The notes beneath the pieces are model-generated. The model did no database searches, had not been told where the DNA came from, and saw only the letters and a list, made by a program, of their open reading frames with translations. Shown piece by piece: positions 29,949-40,112 of a stretch of DNA of 64,000 bases (within the stretch, counting starts at the first letter, position 1; the number at the start of each line of letters is the position of its first letter). The stretch lies in assembly GCA_049322915.1 (NCBI GenBank), contig JBMOPW010000027.1, forward strand, positions 1,558 to 65,557, given 5' to 3'. Origin of the DNA: Candidatus Zhuqueibacterota bacterium (GTDB lineage: Bacteria > Zhuqueibacterota > Zhuqueibacteria > Thermofontimicrobiales > Thermofontimicrobiaceae). A program made the position numbers and the translations under genes.

Positions 29949-30750
29949 TATAGAAGTCGTTTTCAAAGGGGAACGAAAAGAAATATACGCCAATCCCCAG
30001 CAGTTTCCATTCAAGGTTGGAGATTATGTGATCGTCGAAGCCGACAAGGGCGAAGACCTGGGACAGGTCAATCAGGTCGGCGCATTGTTATCGATGAAGA
30101 AGAGCGGCTCAAAGCTGAAGGCAATTTTGAGAAAGACGGATAAAGATGATTTAAGGCTGTTCGAACAGAATCGCGAGAAAGAACTGAAGGCATTCGTCGT
30201 CTGCAAGGAGAAAATCGAAAAACACGGTTTGATCATGAAGATGGTGGATGTGGAATATCAATTTGACGGCAATAAGATTACATTTTATTTCACAGCCGAG
30301 CGCCGCGTTGATTTCCGGGAGTTGGTGAAGGACCTGGCAGCCCAGTACAAAGTGCGCATCGAGCTGCGGCAGATCGGCGTTCGCGATGAGGCCAGGCGCT
30401 ACGGCGGCTACGGCGTCTGCGGCCGAAGGCTCTGCTGCTCTTCGTTTTTGAAGGAATTCGAGCCCATTACCACGCAGTGCGCCAAGGAGCAGAACCTGCC
30501 TCTCAATCCCCAGAAGCTCTCCGGGGTCTGCGGGCGATTGATGTGCTGTTTGAATTACGAACGCCAGTTTTATCTGGAAGCCATTGAAAAATTTCCTCCT
30601 CTGGAGACCATCATTAAAACCGACAAGGGCGAGGCGATTGTCGATAAAATTGACGTGTTCAAAAACGAAGTATTGCTGAAATTCGGTGAAGAAGATTTTC
30701 AAAAGATGAGCTTGGAAGATATCCGAAGGTTTACTCAGAAAGCGAAGTAA
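29935..30750 (+). CDS. PSP1 C-terminal domain protein (YaaT/RicT-like)
   Basis: PSP1 domain with conserved CC..C region. Conserved position after holB. Confidence 0.7.
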   Translation: MMYDNIEVVFKGERKEIYANPQQFPFKVGDYVIVEADKGEDLGQVNQVGALLSMKKSGSKLKAILRKTDKDDLRLFEQNREKELKAFVVCKEKIEKHGLIMKMVDVEYQFDGNKITFYFTAERRVDFRELVKDLAAQYKVRIELRQIGVRDEARRYGGYGVCGRRLCCSSFLKEFEPITTQCAKEQNLPLNPQKLSGVCGRLMCCLNYERQFYLEAIEKFPPLETIIKTDKGEAIVDKIDVFKNEVLLKFGEEDFQKMSLEDIRRFTQKAK

Positions 30751-30965
30751 ACTGTTGAACGCGCCTCTGTTTTTCACAGTGAGGGTGATGCCGGGCGGCG
30801 AAAGTTGCTTCCGCTGATGTATTGGTCAGCGCTCCAGCAAATATTTTACCCCCCATTCATGAGTCATACCGCAACACGTCGTGATCGTTTTCCGCTGATC
30901 ATTGATGTCGGTTAGAACTGCGTTTTCTCCTCTTGAAATAAATTAATTGTGAAAGGATTTGCAGA

Positions 30966-33014
30966 TTGGAACAGCAAAATAAGATACTTGTAACCAGCGC
31001 CCTGCCCTATGCCAATGGCCCCATTCACCTGGGACACCTGGCCGGGGCGTACCTGCCGGCTGATATTTATGTCCGCTATCAGCGACTCCGGCGCCGGGAC
31101 GTGGTTTACATTTGCGGCTCGGATGAACATGGCGTTCCCATCACCATCGCGGCAGAACGCCAGGGAATTTCACCGCAGCAAGTGGTGGATAAGTATTATA
31201 AGATCAATAGAGAATCGTTCGAAAAAGTCGGGGTGAGCTTTGATAACTATTCCAGGACCTCGCTGCCGATTCACCATAAAAACTCACAGGAGTTTTTTCT
31301 GGCGCTGCATAAAAAAGGCTATCTCAGCGAGCAGACTGTGACCCAGTTCTTTTGCAACCATTGCGACCGTTTTTTAGCAGATCGCTACGTCGAAGGGACC
31401 TGTCCCATCTGTCACGCGGCCGGCGCGCGCGGCGACCAGTGCGATACCTGTGGCCGATCGTTGGACCAGACACATCTGATTGATCCGATTTGCGTCACCT
31501 GCGGGAATACGCCGGTGATTAGGGAGACGCGGCACTGGTTCCTCAATTTGAAGCAGTTGCAGCCGCAGATCAAGGCCTGGCTGGATACAAAAACTCACTG
31601 GAAAGAGAACGTTCGCAACTTCTGCGAAGGCTGGTTCAAAACCGGCCTCGAAGATCGGGCTGTCACCCGCGACCTGCGCTGGGGTGTGCAAGTCCCTCTG
31701 AAAGGCTACGAGAATAAGGTGTTGTACGTCTGGTTCGATGCGCCCATCGGCTACATTTCTTCGACCATTGAATGGGCGCAGAAAATCGGGCAGCCGGAGA
31801 AATGGAAGGACTACTGGCTCGATCCGTCAACCAGTATGGTGCATTTCATCGGCAAAGACAACATCGTGTTTCATGCCATCATCTGGCCGATCATCCTGAT
31901 GGGACACGGTGGATATGTGCTGCCAGCGGAGATTCCGGCTAATGAATATCTCACGCTTGAGGGCAATAAAATTTCGACCAGTAAAAACTATGCGGTGTGG
32001 CTGGATGAATATTTGAAGATTTTCCCGCCGGATCCGCTGCGCTACTGCATTGCCATCAACGCGCCGGAGACCAAGGACGCTGATTTTTCATGGCGTGATT
32101 TTCAGCAGCGCAACAACAACGAGTTGGCCGACATTCTGGGCAACTTCGTCAATCGGACATTGACCTTTCTGAAAAAGCATTTCGACAATCGCGCGCCCCA
32201 ACCGGGCAATTTCGATGCGCTGGATGAGGAGATGCTGAAACGGCTCAACGATGCGCCGGAAAAGATCGGCAACCTGTTCGAAAAGTTTGAAGTGCGAAAA
32301 GCAACGGCCACAATTATGGATTTGGCCCGCTTCGCAAATAAATATTTCAATGACCAGCAACCCTGGGTGACGGTGACGGATGCGCCGGAAAAATGCGCCA
32401 CCACCTTCTTTGTCGCGGTTCAGGTGCTGAAGGGACTGGCGATTTTGATGGAGCCGGTCCTGCCGTTTTCCGCGCGAAAACTGTGGGCCATGGTCAATTT
32501 GCCCGGTTCCCTAGAAGAACAGCATTGGTCTGGCGCAGGGGAAGCCAATGTGCCGGTGGGGCATCCGTTGGCAAAGGCCAAAATCTTATTCGCTAAAATT
32601 GAAGATGAAATCATTGAACAACAAATTGAAAAATTGAAAACCATGACTGTCAAAGCGGACGTCGTGAAAAAGGAGACTGCCGTGAGCGATAAAATACCCT
32701 ATGAGGATTTTCAAAAAGTGCAGCTTCGCATTGCCAAAATACTGCACGCTGAGAAAGTAGAAAAGACGGAAAAGCTGATGAAGATGCAAATCGACCTGGG
32801 CACAGAGCAGCGGCAAATTGTCGCCGGCATCGCTCTCAAATATGCCCCGGACGATTTGATCGGGAAGCAGGTTGTGGTGGTCGCCAATCTTGAGCCGGCG
32901 ACCATTCGCGGCATCGAATCCAATGGCATGCTGCTGGCCGCCTCCAACGAGGACGGCGAAATGGCCCTGTTGATCCCGGACAAGGAAATTACCAATGGAT
33001 CAAAAATCAAATAA
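30966..33014 (+). CDS. metG: Methionyl-tRNA synthetase
   Basis: HIGH motif (PYANGPIHLGH), KMSKS (KISTSK), zinc knuckle, C-terminal tRNA-binding domain. TTG start. Confidence 0.9.
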   Translation: MEQQNKILVTSALPYANGPIHLGHLAGAYLPADIYVRYQRLRRRDVVYICGSDEHGVPITIAAERQGISPQQVVDKYYKINRESFEKVGVSFDNYSRTSLPIHHKNSQEFFLALHKKGYLSEQTVTQFFCNHCDRFLADRYVEGTCPICHAAGARGDQCDTCGRSLDQTHLIDPICVTCGNTPVIRETRHWFLNLKQLQPQIKAWLDTKTHWKENVRNFCEGWFKTGLEDRAVTRDLRWGVQVPLKGYENKVLYVWFDAPIGYISSTIEWAQKIGQPEKWKDYWLDPSTSMVHFIGKDNIVFHAIIWPIILMGHGGYVLPAEIPANEYLTLEGNKISTSKNYAVWLDEYLKIFPPDPLRYCIAINAPETKDADFSWRDFQQRNNNELADILGNFVNRTLTFLKKHFDNRAPQPGNFDALDEEMLKRLNDAPEKIGNLFEKFEVRKATATIMDLARFANKYFNDQQPWVTVTDAPEKCATTFFVAVQVLKGLAILMEPVLPFSARKLWAMVNLPGSLEEQHWSGAGEANVPVGHPLAKAKILFAKIEDEIIEQQIEKLKTMTVKADVVKKETAVSDKIPYEDFQKVQLRIAKILHAEKVEKTEKLMKMQIDLGTEQRQIVAGIALKYAPDDLIGKQVVVVANLEPATIRGIESNGMLLAASNEDGEMALLIPDKEITNGSKIK

Positions 33015-33798
33015 TTTTGTTTTTGTAGATTCCCACGCGCACATTGATTTCGACTCGTTCGATAATGACCGCGACCAGGTGGTGCAAAACGCCAGACTGG
33101 CAAAACTGGGCGCCATTGTGAATATTGGCGTCAATCTGGAGACGAGCAAAAAATCCATCGCGTTGGCCGAAAAATATGACATGCTCTACGCCAGCGTCGG
33201 CGTTCATCCCCATGACGCCCATGAAATCCCTGAGGTGATGTGGACGCAGTTCCGTGAACTGTACCGACATCCCGGCGTGGTTGCGATGGGTGAATTTGGC
33301 CTGGATTATTATCGGAATTACTCCCCGCACGACATTCAGCAAAAGACGCTGGTGCGCCAGCTCGATCTGGCGGTTGAGTTTGGTCTGCCTGTCGTAATCC
33401 ACACGAGGAACGCCTGGCCGGATATGCTGCGCATCGTCAGTTCGGAAGCGTATCGCGGCAAAGTGCGCGGCGTGTTTCATTGCTTTTCCGGGTCGGCTGA
33501 ACAGGCGAAATCTGTGCTGGATTTGGGCTATCACATTTCATTCACCGGCGTGGTGACGTTTAAAAATTCGACAGCGCTGACCATTGCCGCGAATTATGTT
33601 CCGCTGGATCGGTTGATGCTGGAGACGGATTGTCCCTTCATGGCGCCGGAGCCGCATCGGGGAAAGCGTTGTGAGCCGGCCTATATTCCGCTCATCGCCG
33701 AAAAGATCGCCAGCGCCCGGGGAATCGCTCTGTCCGTTCTTGCCAATCAGACGACGGACAATGCGGCGCGCCTGTTCGGCATCGAAATCGTGAAATAG
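32995..33798 (+). CDS. tatD: TatD-family metal-dependent DNase/hydrolase
   Basis: DSHAH metal-binding start and TIM-barrel TatD motifs. Confidence 0.85.
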   Translation: MDQKSNNFVFVDSHAHIDFDSFDNDRDQVVQNARLAKLGAIVNIGVNLETSKKSIALAEKYDMLYASVGVHPHDAHEIPEVMWTQFRELYRHPGVVAMGEFGLDYYRNYSPHDIQQKTLVRQLDLAVEFGLPVVIHTRNAWPDMLRIVSSEAYRGKVRGVFHCFSGSAEQAKSVLDLGYHISFTGVVTFKNSTALTIAANYVPLDRLMLETDCPFMAPEPHRGKRCEPAYIPLIAEKIASARGIALSVLANQTTDNAARLFGIEIVK

Positions 33799-33816
33799 AG
33801 CAGCGTCGGTATTTCA

Positions 33817-34641
33817 ATGAAACTGAAAAAAATGGACAAAACTCCGTTTCGTCCCAAAAAGAGCCTGGGCCAAAATTTTCTCAAAGACGAAAACATCGCG
33901 CGCAAGATTGTTTCAGCCATTGCGTTGACGCCGAACGACCGCGTGCTGGAAATAGGCCCGGGAACGGGCGTGCTGACGAAATATCTGGTCGAACAGGCCG
34001 GCGCAGTGACTGCGGTGGAAATCGATAATACCCTGGCGCCGCAATTGGCCGAACGATATGCCGGCCGTCCCAACTTCGAGCTGATTCACGCGGATGTGCT
34101 GAAAATACCATTCGCAGCGACACTGGGTAACGCCGCGAAATGGCGTGTGGTGGCTAATTTGCCGTACCACATTACCAGCCCGGTGCTCTTCAGATTATTT
34201 GAGAACAGCCGACTTTTTCTCGATGCCACCCTGATGGTGCAGAAAGAGGTGGCGCAGCGCATCGTGGCCGCGCCCGGCTCTAAAACGTACGGCATTTTAT
34301 CGGTGTTCAGTCAGCTTTACGCGGATGTCAACATATTGTTTATCGTCAGCAGGAATGTGTTTTTCCCTGTGCCGGATGTGGATTCCGCGGTGGTTCACTG
34401 GAAATTCAAAGATGGCCTGCCCCTGACCGAATCGGAAGAACCCCTGTTTCGCAGCGTCGTCCGAGGTGTTTTTGCCCAACGAAGAAAGATGCTCCGCAAT
34501 TCATTGAAGTCCATTCAGGATCTGAATGTGGCGATCGAACAACTTGATTTTAATTTAAATCAACGGCCGGAACAACTATCCGTTCATGATTTTATAATGC
34601 TGATCCGACATATTTTATCTCTGCGACCTGCAATTCAATGA
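33817..34641 (+). CDS. rsmA: 16S rRNA (adenine1518/1519-N6)-dimethyltransferase
   Basis: KSLGQNFL start and SAM-binding motif LEIGPGTG. Confidence 0.9.
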   Translation: MKLKKMDKTPFRPKKSLGQNFLKDENIARKIVSAIALTPNDRVLEIGPGTGVLTKYLVEQAGAVTAVEIDNTLAPQLAERYAGRPNFELIHADVLKIPFAATLGNAAKWRVVANLPYHITSPVLFRLFENSRLFLDATLMVQKEVAQRIVAAPGSKTYGILSVFSQLYADVNILFIVSRNVFFPVPDVDSAVVHWKFKDGLPLTESEEPLFRSVVRGVFAQRRKMLRNSLKSIQDLNVAIEQLDFNLNQRPEQLSVHDFIMLIRHILSLRPAIQ

Positions 34642-34644
34642 GAG

Positions 34645-36006
34645 GTGATGATGGAAGAAAAGGATATGAAGGAGATTGTAGAAAATATCTCCTATCTTGC
34701 CGAAGTGAAAGATACGGCCATGGTTCGGAATATCTTCGTGGGAATGCACCCGGCCGATCAGGCAGAAATTCTCCACCATCTGGATGAGGATGTCAGCAAC
34801 TACGTGTTCAGCCTGCTCGATGCTGAAACAGCATCGGACGTGATCAGCGAAATGGATGATGTGTCGCGCGATCAGATTCTGGATGAACTCGACGAAGTGC
34901 GCATTTCAGAAATTGTCAATGAAATGGATTCCGACGACGCCACGGATCTTGTCTCCGACTTGTCGGAAGAGCTGGCGCAAAAAGTTCTGCAGAGCATCGA
35001 TAAGGAAGATTCCGAAGAGGTGCGCGAGCTGTTATCCCACGAAGAGGATACGGCTGGCGGCATCATGGCCAAAGAGTTCGTCTCCGTGAATCAGAATTTT
35101 TCTGTGGAGCAGGTCATTCAGGAGATCCGTTCAAAAGCCGAGGAGGTGGAGAATCTTTACTACATCTATGTGACCAACGATGCGAACGTGCTGGTCGGCA
35201 TTCTGGCCCTGAAAGATTTGATTTTAGCCACGCGCGATACCAAAGTTTCCGAAATGATGTCCCACGATCTGGTCACCGTGAAGACGACCATGGACCAGGA
35301 GGAGGTGGCCAATATCGCCAAGCGGTACGACATGGTGGCCATCCCGGTCGTGGATGAAGCCGGCAAGCTGGTTGGCCGCATCACGTTCGATGATGTGGCC
35401 GACGTGATGGAAGAGGAGGCCTCCGAGGACATCCAGCGCATGGCTGGTATTTCCGAGGAAGAAGAATTTCGGGAGACCTCCATTTTGCGCATCTCGCGCA
35501 TGCGGCTGCCCTGGCTGCTGGTGGGATTCGGCGGCGAACTCATGTCCGCGTACGTTCTCAGCAGATTTGAAGCGTCGCTGAATCAGATCATCATCGCCGC
35601 ATTTTTCATCCCGATCATCATGGCTATGGGCGGAAATTCCGGCATCCAATCCGCCACAATTATGGTGCGCGGTATGGCCACTGGGGAGATTGGGTTGTAC
35701 GGCATCCGGCGCCGGCTCTATCGGGAGGTTTTCGTCTCCCTGTTGAACGGCGTTATCTGCGGCGGGCTGCTCTTTTTAATCGTATCGTTCTGGTTCGATC
35801 AACCGCGATTCGGCATCCTGCTGGGTTCGGTGCTGATCTTTGTCATCCTCAACGCGGCCTTCATTGGAGCGTCTATCCCGGTGCTTCTGAAGAGGATTAA
35901 CATCGATCCGGCCATTGCCACCGGCCCATTCATCACCACGTCGAATGATGTGCTGGGGCTGCTGATTTATTTGGGATTAATCACTATTTTTATACGTCAT
36001 TTATAA
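34645..36006 (+). CDS. mgtE: Magnesium transporter MgtE
   Basis: MgtE_N, tandem CBS domains, and the C-terminal MgtE membrane domain. Confidence 0.85.
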   Translation: MMMEEKDMKEIVENISYLAEVKDTAMVRNIFVGMHPADQAEILHHLDEDVSNYVFSLLDAETASDVISEMDDVSRDQILDELDEVRISEIVNEMDSDDATDLVSDLSEELAQKVLQSIDKEDSEEVRELLSHEEDTAGGIMAKEFVSVNQNFSVEQVIQEIRSKAEEVENLYYIYVTNDANVLVGILALKDLILATRDTKVSEMMSHDLVTVKTTMDQEEVANIAKRYDMVAIPVVDEAGKLVGRITFDDVADVMEEEASEDIQRMAGISEEEEFRETSILRISRMRLPWLLVGFGGELMSAYVLSRFEASLNQIIIAAFFIPIIMAMGGNSGIQSATIMVRGMATGEIGLYGIRRRLYREVFVSLLNGVICGGLLFLIVSFWFDQPRFGILLGSVLIFVILNAAFIGASIPVLLKRINIDPAIATGPFITTSNDVLGLLIYLGLITIFIRHL

Positions 36007-36048
36007 CGTGAACCGGGTCAGGGTTCCCGTGTTAACCTGTGGTTTTTC

Positions 36049-36795
36049 ATGGCTCTCCAAAAGACAGATGCAGTGGTATTGAAGACCCAGCGATTGGGTG
36101 AAACGAGCAAGATACTCACGCTGTTCTCGCGCCACTCCGGCAAGATCAAAGTCGTGGCCAAGGGAGCGCGAGGCCTGAAGAGCCGATTCTTCGGCAACCT
36201 GGAGCCGTTGAATCACATCTGGATTCTGTATTATTACAAAGAGACGCGCGATCTGCATCTGCTCAGCCAGGCGGATATCATTCACCCATTTTTGGAGTTG
36301 CGCAACGATCTCACCAAGATTGCATTGGGCACGCTGTTCTGCGAGATGATTTATCGCACCCAGTTGGAGCAGCCGAATTTTGCGCTGTACCAGGCGCTGG
36401 TGGATGCATTGACCGGCATCGACGCTGCGAAGAAAGATGTCCTGAATTATTATTACTGGTTCATGTTGAAGTTCCTGCACATCAGCGGGTTCCAGCCCCG
36501 TTTCGATTATTGCGACGTATGCCGGACGCGCGAACTGGAGGGGCAATTTCGGTTTTCGATTCCCGATGGCAAATACTATTGCCGGAATTGTCGCGCCCCG
36601 GAACCGAGCGCTGTTTCAGTGAGCGCCCGCGCCCTGTGGTTCCTGCGGAAATTCCAGCGAATACCGGTTCAGGAAATTGATAAATTGCCGGACACCGCGC
36701 CCCGGGATTGCGAGACCCTGCTGATTTCATTTTTACATTTTCATGTCGAAGAGACTAAGTTTTTAAACTCGTTGAAATTTTTGAAGCAGATATGA
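36049..36795 (+). CDS. recO: DNA repair protein RecO
   Basis: N-terminal OB fold and C-terminal Cys4 zinc motif (CDVC..CRNC). Confidence 0.85.
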   Translation: MALQKTDAVVLKTQRLGETSKILTLFSRHSGKIKVVAKGARGLKSRFFGNLEPLNHIWILYYYKETRDLHLLSQADIIHPFLELRNDLTKIALGTLFCEMIYRTQLEQPNFALYQALVDALTGIDAAKKDVLNYYYWFMLKFLHISGFQPRFDYCDVCRTRELEGQFRFSIPDGKYYCRNCRAPEPSAVSVSARALWFLRKFQRIPVQEIDKLPDTAPRDCETLLISFLHFHVEETKFLNSLKFLKQI

Positions 36796-36953
36796 ACCTG
36801 GCAGATTCCCGATCCAATCTCCGCGCTAGCCGGAGAAATCGATTGATTCGGGATTTTACGCACAAAGAATAGAATATCATGTTAGCCCTTACATAATATC
36901 TTTATTATTCAGCATTAATTTTGATGCAATTGTATTTAGAAGGTAAATTCTTC

Positions 36954-37571
36954 ATGAAACGAATTCAAGTATTTAAATTTTTTATTCAATATATCTTGCC
37001 AGTGGGTGCTATAGTTTTATCGATAGTGAGTTTACGCTATTCGTGTCAAAGCAATGAGATTGCTGAACGCAGCTTAAAACTAAACATTAAACCTATTATA
37101 CGTGCTGATCTTATTGTTGATAACTTTAAAAGAGACTATTTATTAAGAATCGTTAATGAAGGCAAGATTTCAGTTGAGGATTTACAAATTAAACAGTTGG
37201 CTAACCTTTTGAATGAAAGCCAACGAGATATTTTAATTAGAATTGACTCTAAACGCAACTGGCAACAGATAGATAAGCTTAATCCTGGTGACAGTATTGA
37301 ATTTAAAATAAAATACGAAGAAATAAAAAACACAAATATATTAAGAGAACAAGTAAGTGAAAATGACAGTGTACTTCCAATTCATTTTTACAATATCACC
37401 TATCATCACCCAGTTGATAAAACTTTATATGAATTAAATAAGTATCTTTTTTTATATTATAATCCAATATATGGCGGATTTTTAGCAATTGATCCAGATG
37501 CTTTTCATTTTGAAGATCAGATTGAACTTCGACATTATCTTGATACATTAAAAAATCGAAAATTACATTAG
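36954..37571 (+). CDS. Hypothetical membrane-anchored protein in AT-rich island
   Basis: ORF in a ~28% GC island with an N-terminal TM helix (FKFFIQYILPVGAIVLSIVSL). No recognisable domain. Confidence 0.45.
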   Translation: MKRIQVFKFFIQYILPVGAIVLSIVSLRYSCQSNEIAERSLKLNIKPIIRADLIVDNFKRDYLLRIVNEGKISVEDLQIKQLANLLNESQRDILIRIDSKRNWQQIDKLNPGDSIEFKIKYEEIKNTNILREQVSENDSVLPIHFYNITYHHPVDKTLYELNKYLFLYYNPIYGGFLAIDPDAFHFEDQIELRHYLDTLKNRKLH

Positions 37572-37631
37572 CAATTGAATTCGAATGTAAACTTAATTAA
37601 TTATTTTGAACAATAACTATAAAATAAGAAA

Positions 37632-38189
37632 TTGAGTAGACAAATGAAAAGAAATCTATTCCTATTGTTTTTCTTCCTTTTTCCAAATATCATTTTATCT
37701 CAACAATATGTTCAGCTTTCACAAGATGCTACCTCTCTTTTTGGTCTTAAGAATTTTCAAATTTTTGTTGAAGATTTAGATAATAGTATAAAATTATTGG
37801 GTATAAATCAAAATACATTGAAAACTGATATTGAATTAAAATTAAGATCATCAGGTATAAATCCTATTCCTAACATGGAAAATAAATACCCAGAATCAAA
37901 AATTCCTATATTATATATTAAAGTTCAAATTACTAAATTCCAACCTGCTAACTACACCGAGCCTATATTCTTTTTTTATATATCATTAGAACTACTACAA
38001 TCTGTGATATTAGATCGCAATATTGAAAAATCAAATTTCTCTAATGTCAAATTGTTTCATGTAGCTACGTGGCGGGAAAATATTCAAGGATATGTAGGGT
38101 CATCTAATTTATCTCAGATAAGAGATGTAGCAAAAGATTTAGTTGATAAATTTTCAAACGATTATCTAATGATGAATTCCAAGAAATAA
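37632..38189 (+). CDS. Hypothetical secreted protein in AT-rich island
   Basis: Signal peptide (LFLLFFFLFPNIILSQQ). No recognisable domain. Same AT-rich island as the 36954-37571 gene. Confidence 0.45.
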   Translation: MSRQMKRNLFLLFFFLFPNIILSQQYVQLSQDATSLFGLKNFQIFVEDLDNSIKLLGINQNTLKTDIELKLRSSGINPIPNMENKYPESKIPILYIKVQITKFQPANYTEPIFFFYISLELLQSVILDRNIEKSNFSNVKLFHVATWRENIQGYVGSSNLSQIRDVAKDLVDKFSNDYLMMNSKK

Positions 38190-38624
38190 TTTAACATCGC
38201 AGGGGTATAACTTTCAGTGCACTTGACTGATGGGCGGGCACTGGAATCCAGAAAATTTGTGCATTAATTTAAAATCTGATTTTGTAGGAACGATCAGTGT
38301 GTTAAATGCCCATCAGCAAGTGATCGTTTCGTCAACCTTTGAATAGCACACGGATGAATTTTGCATCTGGAAATCTTCATGTGCGTCATTCATCTGCCAT
38401 GAAGACGCCGGGGCGCCAGGCCTGACTGGAGCAGAATGTAATTCATGAACGAAAATAAATGCACCAGGAGCAGTTATACCGCACTGATTTTTGTATTTAA
38501 ATCTCACAGCGGCTTCGAGACCTCGCGGCTAAAATTCAGTTGTGGATCCGAAACAGCCGCCAATCGATATCACAAAAAGGATAGAACACATTAAGTTACA
38601 CATCAACCTGTAAGCAGAAAGAGT

Positions 38625-39956
38625 GTGAGGCAAAAAATGAAAGTGATGAAAAACGATCTCATGGAAAAAATTGTTTCGCTGTGCAAACGAAAGGGCTACA
38701 TCTTTCAATCCAGTGAAATTTATGGCGGCATCACCAGTTGCTACGATTACGGTCCTCTGGGGATTGAGTTGAAGCGCAATCTGAAGGATATGTGGTGGCG
38801 GAGCATGGTTCAGTATCGCGATGATGTTGAAGGGCTGGACGCAGCCATTTTGATGCATCCGCGGGTGTGGGAAGCATCCGGCCACGTGGAGGGTTTCACA
38901 GATCCGCTGGTGGATTGTAAAAAATGCAAGCATCGATTTCGAACGGATCAGCTCGACGATCCCGGCAAATGCCCGGATTGCGGCGGCGAATTGACCGAGG
39001 AGCGCCAGTTCAATCTGATGTTCAAAACCCACATGGGCCCGCTGGAAGAGCAGGCATCCATTGTCTATCTGCGGCCGGAGACAGCCCAGGGAATTTATGT
39101 CAATTTTCTCAACGTGCAGATTGCATCGAGGCAGAAAATACCCTTCGGCATCGCCCAGATCGGCAAGGCGTTTCGAAATGAAATTACGCCCGGCAATTTC
39201 ACATTCCGCACCCGGGAATTCGAACAGGCTGAAATGCAGTTCTTTGTCAAGCCGGGGACGGATAAAGAATGGTTCGATTACTGGCGGGAAGAGCGCATGA
39301 AATGGTATCATTCGATTGGAATTACCCGGGAGAAGCTGCGGTTCCATCAGCACAGCAAGACCGAATTGGCGCATTACGCATCCGATGCCTATGATATCGA
39401 ATACCAATTTCCGTTCGGCACCATGGAATTGGAGGGAATTCACAATCGAACGGACTTTGATTTGAAGCGGCACACGGAATATTCCGGGAAAGATATGTCC
39501 TATTTCGATGATACGACCCGGGAGCGCTACATTCCGTACATCATCGAAACCTCCGCTGGCGTGGACCGAACCCTGCTCACCTGTCTGGTGGACGCCTATG
39601 AAGAGCAGGTACTGGAGAAAGATACGCGGGTGGTGCTGCATTTGTCGCCCAGGATCGCCCCGATTAAAGCCGGCGTGTTTCCGCTGGTGAAACGCGATGG
39701 CATGCCGGAGCTGGCGATGAACATCGTGAATAACCTGCGCCCGCATTTCAACGTGTTCTACGATGATGGCGGCGCTGTGGGAAGACGCTACCGTCGCATG
39801 GATGAAGTCGGCACTCCGTTCGGCATCACTGTGGATTCGCAATCGCTGGAAGATCAGACTGTGACCATCCGGGATCGCGATACGATGTTGCAGGACCGCG
39901 TGGCCATTGACAGGATCAAAGATTATATGAATGATAAAATTTTGTTCAACCAGTAA
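38625..39956 (+). CDS. glyQS: Glycyl-tRNA synthetase (class II, dimeric GlyQS type)
   Basis: Class II aaRS motifs 1-3, C-terminal anticodon-binding domain, zinc-knuckle insertion. Confidence 0.9.
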   Translation: MRQKMKVMKNDLMEKIVSLCKRKGYIFQSSEIYGGITSCYDYGPLGIELKRNLKDMWWRSMVQYRDDVEGLDAAILMHPRVWEASGHVEGFTDPLVDCKKCKHRFRTDQLDDPGKCPDCGGELTEERQFNLMFKTHMGPLEEQASIVYLRPETAQGIYVNFLNVQIASRQKIPFGIAQIGKAFRNEITPGNFTFRTREFEQAEMQFFVKPGTDKEWFDYWREERMKWYHSIGITREKLRFHQHSKTELAHYASDAYDIEYQFPFGTMELEGIHNRTDFDLKRHTEYSGKDMSYFDDTTRERYIPYIIETSAGVDRTLLTCLVDAYEEQVLEKDTRVVLHLSPRIAPIKAGVFPLVKRDGMPELAMNIVNNLRPHFNVFYDDGGAVGRRYRRMDEVGTPFGITVDSQSLEDQTVTIRDRDTMLQDRVAIDRIKDYMNDKILFNQ

Positions 39957-40060
39957 TGGCTGCTCAGCGCGCAATGCCTGTTTGAGACGTTCAGGCTGAT
40001 CGCCTTACTTCAGAAAAGCTATTTATTTCCAAAAGCGTTTCAGTGGAATTCCTTACACAC

Positions 40061-40089
40061 GCCCCGCGTCGACCGATGCGGGGCTTTTT
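40061..40089 (+). terminator. Rho-independent terminator after glyQS
   Basis: GCCCCGC/GCGGGGC stem followed by T5. Confidence 0.55.
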
Positions 40090-40112
40090 CATGCGACCAT
40101 TGAAGTTCCGGC

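Noticed and set aside
30751-30965. T-box or SAM riboswitch in the metG leader.
   Set aside because: No T-box sequence or recognisable riboswitch core was found by eye.
38200-38300. Possible tRNA or T-box leader upstream of glyQS, or an integration-site tRNA for the AT-rich island.
   Set aside because: No cloverleaf can be drawn. No GGTTCGAATCC-like T-loop. No T-box consensus AGGGTGGNACCGCG.
38313-38507. 64-aa minus-strand ORF between the island and glyQS.
   Set aside because: It overlaps the inverted-repeat structure, lacks an RBS and has odd composition. Likely non-coding.
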